Virus record (IMG/VR): IMGVR_UViG_3300036861_001106 | Location: 1-64,000 of that record | Direction: 5' to 3' (one strand) | DNA length: 64,000 bases | Origin: a virus | Shown here: positions 1 to 7,312 of the stretch, piece after piece | Layout: every line of letters begins with the position of its first letter | Position numbering within the stretch: the first letter of the stretch is position 1 | Notes under the pieces: model-generated | The model's input: the letters and a program-made list of their open reading frames with translations, nothing else | Told to the model about the DNA's origin: nothing | The model's database searches: none | Translations under genes and position numbers: made by a program

Positions 1-101
1 GGACCAGGGGGGGGGAGGCGGGGCCGGGTGGGGTGCGTCCTGAGTCCGATTGAAATCCTGGAACTTTTCAGTCCACGGCTCCACGTTTCTATCGGAACAT
101 C

Positions 102-130
102 TTGCCTTGCACCGACTATTATGGTATACT
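102..130 (+). promoter_or_regulatory. sigma70-type promoter, probably giving a leaderless HNH mRNA
   Basis: TTGCCT(102-107)-17 nt-TATACT(125-130), 6 nt before ATG at 137; no SD sequence. Confidence 0.6.
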
Positions 131-136
131 CTAATC

Positions 137-670
137 ATGGACAAGCAGAAGTATGTGAAGCGCTTTCTTGGGCGGATCGTGAGGGTCGCGCCACCGGCGG
201 AGGTGCGTGGCAGGGTGCAGGGTGCGTGCTGGCGGTACGATGGGAGTGCCTGCGGTTCTGGCGGGGCCTACCGGCAGGCCTTCTTCGAGGGCCGGAAGCA
301 GATGGCGCACCGGATCATGTGGAAGCTGTTCATTGACGCAGACCTTCCGGACGAGGACGACCTCGACCACCTGTGCCGCACCCCCGCCTGCGTGAACCCG
401 GCACACCTCGACCCGGTGCCGCACTGGCTGAACATGCACCGGAGCCCCACCCACTTTACGGGGGTCAACGCGGCCAGGATGCACTGCCCGGCGGGGCACC
501 TCTACGACGCGGCGAACACCCACGTCACGCGCGGTGGGGGTCGTGTCTGTCGGGCGTGCCGTGACGCGCGGGTGCGGGAGTACATGCGGCGGCACCCTGA
601 CGCCAACCGGGCGGCGTGTCAGCGGTACCAGGAGAAGAAGCGGCAGCAGCAGCGTGCGGGGGGCAGCTAG
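137..670 (+). CDS. HNH homing endonuclease with C-terminal Zn finger
   Basis: AHRIMW, DLDHLCRTPACVNPAHL, HCPAGHLYDAANT...CRAC motifs. Confidence 0.9.
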   Translation: MDKQKYVKRFLGRIVRVAPPAEVRGRVQGACWRYDGSACGSGGAYRQAFFEGRKQMAHRIMWKLFIDADLPDEDDLDHLCRTPACVNPAHLDPVPHWLNMHRSPTHFTGVNAARMHCPAGHLYDAANTHVTRGGGRVCRACRDARVREYMRRHPDANRAACQRYQEKKRQQQRAGGS

Positions 671-876
671 CGGTACGGCGGTCTCAGTCCCAGGCGGGCC
701 AGGCACGCATCGCACACGTAGCGCTTGTGCACGCCGCTCTGCCAGCGGTAGTTCTTGTGCTGCACAAGCCTCCACCCTGGCTCTGCCCGGCCGTCGCAGT
801 CGTCGCAGGGCCCGCTGACCTCCGCCGGGCCCTCACAGTGCCAGGTCGGCGCGGTCCAGACTCTTCCTCGTGCCAT
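667..876 (-). CDS. small Cys-containing hypothetical protein
   Basis: SD GAGGTG before ATG; two CxxC pairs; stop overlaps the HNH stop. Confidence 0.55.
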   Translation of the reverse strand: MARGRVWTAPTWHCEGPAEVSGPCDDCDGRAEPGWRLVQHKNYRWQSGVHKRYVCDACLARLGLRPPYR

Positions 877-971
877 CTTCACCTCGGTGGGGGTAGGGGC
901 TGACTCTTCTGTCCTTTACCCCGCCCACCCCACGGCGGACAAGCTCCTCTATTTTCCTTCCAATGTATAGC

Positions 972-1022
972 AGATTCAGCGATAAGATTCACATGAGAAA
1001 AAGATTCAAGATTCAAGAATCA
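972..1022. repeat. AGATTCA heptamer cluster in an AT-rich intergenic tract
   Basis: exact copies at 972, 985, 1002 and 1009, variant AGAATCA at 1016. Confidence 0.8.
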
Positions 1023-1069
1023 TGAACCCAGGTTGCTTGTCGCGCAATCGAGGGTAGGAGGTGTTGCTG

Positions 1070-1489
1070 ATGATTGGACCGCTGGCTTGCTGTGCGTCTA
1101 GCTATGAGCGTTGCCGGACGTGCGGTGGGTTCATTGCCTACGAACACTGCGTTGACTGTGGGAGGGCTGCGCTGCCTGCTACCTCTGCGCCTGCTTCCTC
1201 GGCTGCTTCCTCGGCTGCTTCCTCGTCTGGCTCGCCAACTCAAGGGGGTGGCGTGGGCTCACCTGCTGTCTCGTCTGCGTGCCCGATGTGCGGGACGGCG
1301 GTGGTGGGGGCGTGCTGCCCGCGGTGTGGGCTGCCGGCTGCGGTGCCGCCTGCGCCGGCGGTGCCCACGGCGGGGGCTGCCCTGCCCGCGGCACAGGCTG
1401 CTGCCCCGGACGTCAGTGCCTGCTGTGGGGTGGCGTGGTTCCTGTGCGACGGGGTGCGGGTCTGTGAGGGGTGCAGGCTGCGGTGCTGA
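1070..1489 (+). CDS. multi-zinc-ribbon protein with Ala/Ser/Pro linkers
   Basis: AGGAGG SD; several CxxC pairs; 12-nt tandem repeat CTGCTTCCTCGG at about 1191-1225. Confidence 0.7.
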   Translation: MIGPLACCASSYERCRTCGGFIAYEHCVDCGRAALPATSAPASSAASSAASSSGSPTQGGGVGSPAVSSACPMCGTAVVGACCPRCGLPAAVPPAPAVPTAGAALPAAQAAAPDVSACCGVAWFLCDGVRVCEGCRLRC

Positions 1490-1592
1490 CAAAGAGAGCC
1501 CTGCGGCACCGGTGGTGCTGCAGGGCTGACGACAAGTGACGATCACGAAAGCACAATCTGATTCTACCGGGTTGGAGGCGCAGAGTGTCAAG
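1481..1592 (-). ncRNA. small-RNA cassette A (promoter, variable seed, terminator hairpin)
   Basis: minus-strand TTGACA(1591-1586)-19-TAGAAT(1566-1561); hairpin 1497-1527 followed by CUCUUUGU. Confidence 0.55.
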
Positions 1593-1602
1593 TGCTTTAC
1601 CT

Positions 1603-1711
1603 CGGTGCTGACAAAGAGAGAGCCCTGCGGTGCCTACAGCACCGCAGGGCTAACAAGAAGGTAAGCAGACGTGATAGTCTGATTCTACCGGGCTGGCGGT
1701 GGGTTGTCAAG
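1603..1711 (-). ncRNA. small-RNA cassette B (paralog of A)
   Basis: minus-strand TTGACA(1710-1705)-17-TAGAAT(1687-1682); perfect 13-bp hairpin 1621-1651 followed by CUCUCUUUGU. Confidence 0.65.
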
Positions 1712-1715
1712 CGCC

Positions 1716-1865
1716 CTACTTCGGTGGGTAGCAGCCCCACCCGACGGTGGGGGCCTTCCGCGCCTCCAGCTCCTGGAGGGTGAGGTGGCGGGCCTCACCC
1801 TGCGCCTCCGCCGGCGGCGTGACCTGCCGCTCCCGGCGGAGGAGCTTGCGGAGTAGTGCTCTCAA
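1716..1865 (-). CDS. 49-aa peptide, RiPP-precursor-like or pheromone-like (not in ORF track)
   Basis: SD GGAGGTG, TTG start; MRALLRKLLRRERQVTPPAEAQGEARHLTLQELEARKAPTVGWGCYPPK*. Confidence 0.65.
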   Translation of the reverse strand: MRALLRKLLRRERQVTPPAEAQGEARHLTLQELEARKAPTVGWGCYPPK

Positions 1866-1893
1866 GTGTCTCACCTCCCTTCCCCTTGACGTT

Positions 1894-2277
1894 TCACAAC
1901 CATGTTAGCATGCGCTGCCACCAGCTTCGCGGTGGGATGCGCGCGACGGCACACTGTGCCCCGTGCTCGCGCTGGTGGCGCACGACGCACGGGACGTGGC
2001 GCCCGACGAGGGTTCGGAGGTGCAGGGCGCTGGGGAGGTCCTCCGCGCTGACCTCCAGGGCCCAGCAGGCGAGGTGCTCAAGGTCGCTGCCGGGCGCGTA
2101 GTGGGGGGTCACCACCGCCGTGACGAGGCCGTGCGGCGTGCGGAGGGTCACACGGAGCCATGGGTCGAAGGGGCCGTTCTCCAGGTCGCTGAGGCCCTCG
2201 ACGGTGGCGGTGAACCGCCCAGCGGGGTGGAGGGTGGGGCCCCCGCGGCGGGCGTGGAGGAGGATGATGTCACGCAC
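1894..2277 (-). CDS. hypothetical protein
   Basis: GTG start overlapping the upstream stop in the leftward operon. Confidence 0.6.
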   Translation of the reverse strand: MRDIILLHARRGGPTLHPAGRFTATVEGLSDLENGPFDPWLRVTLRTPHGLVTAVVTPHYAPGSDLEHLACWALEVSAEDLPSALHLRTLVGRHVPCVVRHQREHGAQCAVARIPPRSWWQRMLTWL

Positions 2278-2536
2278 TTTGGGCCTCCGTTGCTCCCCGC
2301 AGCGGTCGAAGTCCGGGCTCGTCCACCCGGTGCTGGTCGCCGCAGAAGGGGCAGTAGGCGGCCATGAGGACGGGGAGTGGCCTCCGTGGCCGCCTGTCCT
2401 TGTCGAGCTTGTAGAGTGGGACCTGGGTCCTGGGTGGTAGGTGCTGGCCACTCTTGAGGTCTAGCTCCAGGGGGATGTCGAGCCCAGCGTTGTGCTCGGC
2501 CAGGGCCTCGTTCATGCGGGTGATGCAGTCACACAC
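2270..2536 (-). CDS. small Zn-binding phage protein
   Basis: MCDC...YCPFCG, a common phage pattern. Confidence 0.7.
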   Translation of the reverse strand: MCDCITRMNEALAEHNAGLDIPLELDLKSGQHLPPRTQVPLYKLDKDRRPRRPLPVLMAAYCPFCGDQHRVDEPGLRPLRGATEAQSA

Positions 2537-2780
2537 TTTGTGCCTCCGGCTCGTCCTTCACCCCCTCCTCACGCACTGGTGTGACCCAGGAGGACAGGAA
2601 GGTGCCTCTGTCCCACATCTCGATCGGCTTCCAGTCGGGCCGTTCTGTCGCCATTTCCCGGAAGATGGCGCCACCGTGCCGCAGCACGCGGTAATGCCCC
2701 ATGACGTCGGTCTCGACGATGACCCATGGCTCCTTCGTCGAGTTGTAGGCTGCCAGTCGCCGCGCTCTCTCCAGGGTCAT
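2529..2780 (-). CDS. hypothetical protein
   Basis: ATGA-coupled to the HTH gene. Confidence 0.55.
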   Translation of the reverse strand: MTLERARRLAAYNSTKEPWVIVETDVMGHYRVLRHGGAIFREMATERPDWKPIEMWDRGTFLSSWVTPVREEGVKDEPEAQSV

Positions 2781-3070
2781 CTTGCGCCTCCGTCCAGGTT
2801 CTTCCGCGGGCGCCCACTCCGCGGCCTGTCCTGCAGTCCTGCCACCCCCTCCGCGTTGAACCGGCGGCACCACAGCCGCACGCCGGTGGGACTCAAGCGG
2901 AGCTGCTCGGCCACGTAGTGGGGACCTGCGCCGGCGGTGAGGAGGATGATGGCGCGGGCGCGGCGGCCCTGGCGGGTGTCCCTTGCCACTCCCTGGTCGT
3001 AGGCCAGTGCGTGCAGCTCGGTGCGCTCAGCCGTGGTGGGCTGGCGTGGGGTGATTCGTCGCTCGCTCAA
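2777..3070 (-). CDS. helix-turn-helix protein resembling the IS630-family N-terminal HTH
   Basis: RARAIILL...VAEQLRLSPTGVRLWCRRFNAEGVAGLQDRPRSGRP; no DDE domain follows. Confidence 0.8.
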   Translation of the reverse strand: MSERRITPRQPTTAERTELHALAYDQGVARDTRQGRRARAIILLTAGAGPHYVAEQLRLSPTGVRLWCRRFNAEGVAGLQDRPRSGRPRKNLDGGAR

Positions 3071-3303
3071 CTTGTTCCTCCGTCCGTCCGTGTCGTTGCT
3101 TTACCTGTCATGTTGCTCGGCGGCGCTGTCAACGCCTCAAACCCGTCACAGGCGCACCCCTCAACCTGGCACGGCTCAGCCACGTCATCGACGTCGTGCT
3201 CAAGCCACAGGTGGCCACAGTGGCACAGCTCAGCGTCAGCTTCCTTGTCCACCTCGCTCCTCCTCACAGTCGTGGCTCCCGGTCGAGCCACCGGTCGATC
3301 CAC
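3067..3303 (-). CDS. small Cys/His metal-binding protein (start uncertain)
   Basis: CHCGH...H...C...CAC pattern. Confidence 0.5.
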   Translation of the reverse strand: MDRPVARPGATTVRRSEVDKEADAELCHCGHLWLEHDVDDVAEPCQVEGCACDGFEALTAPPSNMTGKATTRTDGGTS

Positions 3304-3537
3304 TCACGGATCATGGGGTGACGTCCTCCCTAGCGGGCAAGCCTCGTCAGAGTGGGGTCGCTCGCTCATCGACAGGACGCCCTTCCCGAGCAGTCACAGC
3401 AGACGTGCTTCGGGGCACACCGCAGACAGACGAGTCTGCGACATTGTCCCTGGCACTTCACGGTCTTCTGTAGCTCAACGATGCGCTTGCAGCAGGAGCA
3501 CGGGACCGGTTCTTCCATTGCACGCCCTTTCTTTCGG

Positions 3538-3930
3538 TCAGTCGTCCGTTTCCTTGCATGTCACTCTGCACTGCTCACAGTACCGGCGGCCGTCCGCCTC
3601 GAAGACCGGGGCCTTGCAGCAGGCGCTGGGCCCTGGCACCCAGTCAGCGTCACGGTGCCCGCAGGCGACGCAGTGCTTGGTGTGGAGGCTGAACCACTGC
3701 TCACCGCAGCGCGGGCAGTCGGCCTCCACGTTCAGGCTGCTGGGGTCGGCGCAGGTTGCGTGCACTGCCCCGTGCACCCACTCCCACCGCCGCGCGGTGG
3801 TGGGCGCCGCGAGGGTCGCGGCCAGCAGCAGCCGGTCACACCCGGCGCAGACGGCTCGCGCCTCCCAGGTGCTCGTGGCGCGGTTGCGGCCGCAGCACTC
3901 GCAGGTGCTCGTCGTGTCGCCCTCACTCAT
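3538..3930 (-). CDS. multi-zinc-ribbon protein
   Basis: several CxxC pairs; C-terminal SACCKAP...DGRRYCEQCR module. Confidence 0.7.
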   Translation of the reverse strand: MSEGDTTSTCECCGRNRATSTWEARAVCAGCDRLLLAATLAAPTTARRWEWVHGAVHATCADPSSLNVEADCPRCGEQWFSLHTKHCVACGHRDADWVPGPSACCKAPVFEADGRRYCEQCRVTCKETDD

Positions 3931-4333
3931 CGTTGTTGCCCTCCCCGTGCGCGTTGCTCCTCGCTGCGAGGAGGTTCCCACACGCGCGGCACAGCAGGCT
4001 GCCTGCAGGGTGGCCGTGGCGGTCGGTGCGGGTGCGGTAGTAGTGTCCTCCCAGTACGTCCCCGCAGCGGGCGCACTGGAAACTCAGGCCCGGGGCTGCC
4101 GCCCTCGCTGCCGCCAGCTCGGCGAGTTGCTGGCGGATGGGGTGCGTCTCCCGCTCAAGGGCCGCGCGCACCGGGGCCTGCTGCGCGTTGGCGCAGTCCG
4201 TGCCCGCGATCTCCCTCGTCCTCGCGGCCCGCAGGCAGTACATGCAGCGGCAGGAGGTTCCCATTGTGCTACTTCTGCAGGTCTCGTGGCTCTCCCGCGG
4301 CCAGCGTTCCTCGGGCCAGTCGTGCATGCTCAT
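3923..4333 (-). CDS. Cys-rich hypothetical protein
   Basis: first gene of the leftward operon; CRCMYC, CARC and CRAC motifs. Confidence 0.65.
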   Translation of the reverse strand: MSMHDWPEERWPRESHETCRSSTMGTSCRCMYCLRAARTREIAGTDCANAQQAPVRAALERETHPIRQQLAELAAARAAAPGLSFQCARCGDVLGGHYYRTRTDRHGHPAGSLLCRACGNLLAARSNAHGEGNNDE

Positions 4334-4372
4334 CGTTCCCTCTCGTTCGTCATCCTCGTTCCTCCTCGCCTT

Positions 4373-4423
4373 ATTCTACCGAAACTTTTGGCAGTTGACA
4401 AGCCCCTGTCAAGTCGGTATCCT
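4373..4423. promoter_or_regulatory. bidirectional promoter with a shared -35 element
   Basis: plus TTGACA(4395-4400)-17-TATCCT(4418-4423); minus TTGTCA(4401-4396)-17-TAGAAT(4378-4373); lies at the strand switch of the genes. Confidence 0.75.
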
Positions 4424-4442
4424 TCAGGTAGGAGGTGTGAAG

Positions 4443-4613
4443 ATGACGAACGACGAAGCAGGACGGCTGGCCGCCAAGTGGCTAGGTTCGAAGCACGAGG
4501 ACACTGGGTGGACCCCTGGCGACCTGCTCCTGCTGCAGCTCCTGGAGCAGGGTGAGCGGCTTCAGGCGCTGCTCGTGCTGATTGAGGCCCACCTTTCTGC
4601 CTGGAGGAGCTGA
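4443..4613 (+). CDS. small hypothetical protein
   Basis: AGGAGG SD; first gene of the rightward operon. Confidence 0.6.
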   Translation: MTNDEAGRLAAKWLGSKHEDTGWTPGDLLLLQLLEQGERLQALLVLIEAHLSAWRS

Positions 4614-4614
4614 G

Positions 4615-5220
4615 GTGAGCCTCCCATGGACCATCAAGGAGCTTGAGGTCCCGTACACCAGCTACGGGGAGTGGCTGGCGTTGCAGCGCCAGGAGTTTTC
4701 GGAGGAGGAGACGATGGACGAGAAGCTTTCAACGGCGGACTTCTTGACGGCACAGCACGAGGCGCTGAAGCGGGCGGTGCAGGAGGTTGAGACCAGGGTT
4801 GAGTGGGATGGGGGCGGAATTAACGCCGTCCACACCAGAATCCCCCCGCAGCCCTTCAGTGCTGCCCAGGTGGAGGTGCTGCAGGAGCTGATTGACCAGG
4901 GCGTGGCGGCGCGCCTGCACGCCGTGGCCGCGGAGCTGCAGAAGCTTGGCGTCGGCTCGCTTGCGCTAGCAATCGAGGTGGCACTTAAGCGCGCACTGGT
5001 GGCGACCCAGGCTGCTCCGCAGGCCACTGGCGGCTGCAGGCGCTGTGGGGGTCCGGTTGGCACGGGCTATGACCTCTGCGGCGGGTGTGCCGTCAACCGG
5101 AGCATCAAGGACCCAGCGCCTGCCACCCTGTCAGCCCTCAGCCGCTGCTGCAGGGCGCCCATCGACCAGTGTGACGGGCGGCCCATGTGCACTGCGTGTC
5201 GCATGACTGGGAGGGTCTGA
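4615..5220 (+). CDS. hypothetical protein with C-terminal Zn ribbons
   Basis: GGAGGA SD; ends SRCCRAP...DGRPMCTACR. Confidence 0.65.
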   Translation: MSLPWTIKELEVPYTSYGEWLALQRQEFSEEETMDEKLSTADFLTAQHEALKRAVQEVETRVEWDGGGINAVHTRIPPQPFSAAQVEVLQELIDQGVAARLHAVAAELQKLGVGSLALAIEVALKRALVATQAAPQATGGCRRCGGPVGTGYDLCGGCAVNRSIKDPAPATLSALSRCCRAPIDQCDGRPMCTACRMTGRV

Positions 5221-5822
5221 TGGTCGACGTCAAGGTCATGGTTGAGACAGACTTCACCAGTGCAAGTCCTGCAGAGCGGGCTGGCGAGGCTGCGCTGCGG
5301 CGTGAGCTTGGCCTTGCAGTGCAGGTCCACGCGGCCTACCTGCAGGCTCGGGCTGACGAGCTGGTCAAGGCTGGGGAGAGCTTGCTGGCCAATTGGCTGC
5401 AGCAGGTGGCGGCCCAGTTCAAGCAGTGCGCCCCTCTCTTTCCCAGCGAGCGCCACGCTGAAGCGGCAGCTCACGTCGCCAGGGCGCTCGTTCAGGAACT
5501 CGGCGTGGACTGCGTCTGGTGCTCAGAGTGGGGTAATCGGTGGCAACTCGCCTCCCAGCGGGAGTTCAACCGCGAGACCGGGCGGTGGCGGTGTGCCTGC
5601 CCGGCACCCGTCGAGGAGGGGATTGAGGTATTACAGCAGACCATGGAGCGAGTGGACGCGGCCATGGAGCAAGTGGACACAGCCATTGAGGCAGCACAGC
5701 AGGCTGTGGAGTGGACCGTGGAGTGGAAGGCACCGTCTTGTGCCTGCCACGGTGTGCCGGCCTTTCAGGAGGGCGACGCCCGCTACTGCAGCGTGACGCG
5801 CCTGCGGTGCAAGTTGCGGTGA
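5220..5822 (+). CDS. hypothetical protein with coiled coil and C-terminal Zn module
   Basis: TGATG coupling; ends SCACHGVP...GDARYCSVTRLRC. Confidence 0.65.
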   Translation: MVDVKVMVETDFTSASPAERAGEAALRRELGLAVQVHAAYLQARADELVKAGESLLANWLQQVAAQFKQCAPLFPSERHAEAAAHVARALVQELGVDCVWCSEWGNRWQLASQREFNRETGRWRCACPAPVEEGIEVLQQTMERVDAAMEQVDTAIEAAQQAVEWTVEWKAPSCACHGVPAFQEGDARYCSVTRLRCKLR

Positions 5823-5980
5823 GCGTCACCGACTGGGCCGTGCTCGGTGTCATTGTCACGCTCCTGGTCCTGAAGCTTGTCGATTGCATTTATGGCAACC
5901 TTCAGGCCAGGCGGCGTGACAGGGCACTGCTGAAAGAAATGCATCGCTACCTCAGGGAGCATCCACGTGACGACACTTGA
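5819..5980 (+). CDS. small single-TM protein
   Basis: WAVLGVIVTLLVLKLV hydrophobic segment. Confidence 0.55.
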   Translation: MSVTDWAVLGVIVTLLVLKLVDCIYGNLQARRRDRALLKEMHRYLREHPRDDT

Positions 5981-6293
5981 GTGGCGTTTCTTCCACTGCC
6001 GGGACGTCGAGGCTGCCGTCCGCTTCGCCGAGGCTGGGGGCGTCGCCGTGCACCACAACCGCTACTGCGGGGGGTGGGCCAACGATGGCTACTGTGCGCA
6101 CCTCTTCGCCCCCGACGAGGCCACCCTCCTGGCCGTTGGGGCCGAGCTGGGGCTGAAGCCGGAGTGGCTGCAGCGTGGCACGCCCATCTTCGGGGTGCCA
6201 GCCAGCGCACTCCACTTTGACCTCAAGGGCCTGCCCCTGCGAGTCGCCCTGGCGCGGTGTGGGGTCACCCTGCGGGAGCTGTTTCAAGATTGA
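5967..6293 (+). CDS. DUF4031-like protein
   Basis: CAHLF...ELGLKPEWLQ...HFDL pattern. Confidence 0.7.
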   Translation: MTTLEWRFFHCRDVEAAVRFAEAGGVAVHHNRYCGGWANDGYCAHLFAPDEATLLAVGAELGLKPEWLQRGTPIFGVPASALHFDLKGLPLRVALARCGVTLRELFQD

Positions 6294-6443
6294 CGCGCGT
6301 CAACCTCGCCGCGCCCACTTGCGGTTTGCGCCGCAGGTCGGTAGACTAGGGGTGCCAGACCGCGCGCCCGACGCATCATCGGGCACACCGGCACCGGGGA
6401 CCATCCCCCGGTGCCGTCTTCTTGAGAGGGGAAGGAGGATGGA

Positions 6444-6848
6444 GTGCGTGACTTCCTGAGCCCACTGGCGATGCAGCAGGTCGCTGAGGAGTGGGAGCCG
6501 GCGTTGTTGATGGCCTGTGTCCTTGGCTTCTTCCATGAGGTGGAGGCGAACCTCGTGGCGCTGCTGCCGTCGCTGCTGGCTGGTGAGGTGCATGAGCTGC
6601 ACCTCCGGGTCAACGGGGCGGAGGCCCACTGCGTTCTGATCGAGCGCCTCGGGTCCGAGGCGGCAGTCCACGCCGCCCTGGCGCGCGTCTGCAGCGCCAT
6701 CCTCCAGCAGGTGCGCCAGGCTGGGTGGCTCGTCACCGCGCCGGTGGTCACGGACGACGGGTGGGGCTTCGCCTTCACCGTGCAGGTGCACGAGCGGATC
6801 GTGCAGGGCCTGCGGGCGGAGCGCAGTGGCGGGGAGGTGACGCAGTGA
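6444..6848 (+). CDS. hypothetical protein
   Basis: AGGAGG SD; GC3-biased ORF. Confidence 0.6.
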   Translation: MRDFLSPLAMQQVAEEWEPALLMACVLGFFHEVEANLVALLPSLLAGEVHELHLRVNGAEAHCVLIERLGSEAAVHAALARVCSAILQQVRQAGWLVTAPVVTDDGWGFAFTVQVHERIVQGLRAERSGGEVTQ

Positions 6849-7054
6849 GGTGGCAGTCACGGTCAGGTGTCGTCTGCGACAAGGAGCTGGGCTGCCGGCG
6901 CTGCTGGGTCTTCGCCCACGGCGCCGAGGTGGTGGAGCTTGACCCCGAGGGCTACTGCGTGAGCTGCGCGTCCTACCTGCGGACCCGGGCAGCGACGCCT
7001 GCGCCAACCGATGCAGAGTTTGCCCGGGTGTTCGACCTGGAGGAGCAGCCATGA
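6845..7054 (+). CDS. small Cys-rich hypothetical protein
   Basis: GTGA coupling; CRRC and CVSC. Confidence 0.55.
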   Translation: MRWQSRSGVVCDKELGCRRCWVFAHGAEVVELDPEGYCVSCASYLRTRAATPAPTDAEFARVFDLEEQP

Positions 7055-7299
7055 CATTCGAGCCCGCTGCCTGGCACGTGCGCCGGGCGCGTGAGGCGCT
7101 CAATCAGTGGAATGAGGAGCACCCTGATGACAGGCTTGCCTGGGAGACCATGGAGGAGTGTCTGCTCTCCTTTCGCCGGTGGAAGGAGACTGCAGACTAC
7201 GCTCCCGAGGAGGCCCTGGTGGCCTGTGCTCGTTTTCAGGAGTTTGCGCGCCAGTTGCCCCGTCTGATTCTCGACAACATCTTTCCCGGAGTTAGCTGA
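7051..7299 (+). CDS. hypothetical protein, paralog of 17307-17582
   Basis: RAREALNQWNEEHPD versus RARQAVAIWNQNHPD. Confidence 0.6.
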   Translation: MTFEPAAWHVRRAREALNQWNEEHPDDRLAWETMEECLLSFRRWKETADYAPEEALVACARFQEFARQLPRLILDNIFPGVS

Positions 7300-7312
7300 G
7301 GAGGTGAACAGC

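Noticed and set aside
1481-1711. CRISPR mini-array
   Set aside because: Only two units, the repeated part includes a promoter and a terminator, the inner hairpin sequence differs, and there are no cas genes.
2777-3070. Active IS630 element
   Set aside because: No DDE domain, terminal inverted repeats or target duplication seen.
3398-3407. AGCAGACGTG match to cassette B seed (also at 17988-17997)
   Set aside because: A 10-nt match can arise by chance in 64 kb; the first copy is on the non-coding strand and the second is mid-gene.
2726-4555. 609-aa plus-strand ORF
   Set aside because: Antisense shadow of the leftward operon, whose genes have SDs and coupled starts and stops; the translation has no recognisable motif.
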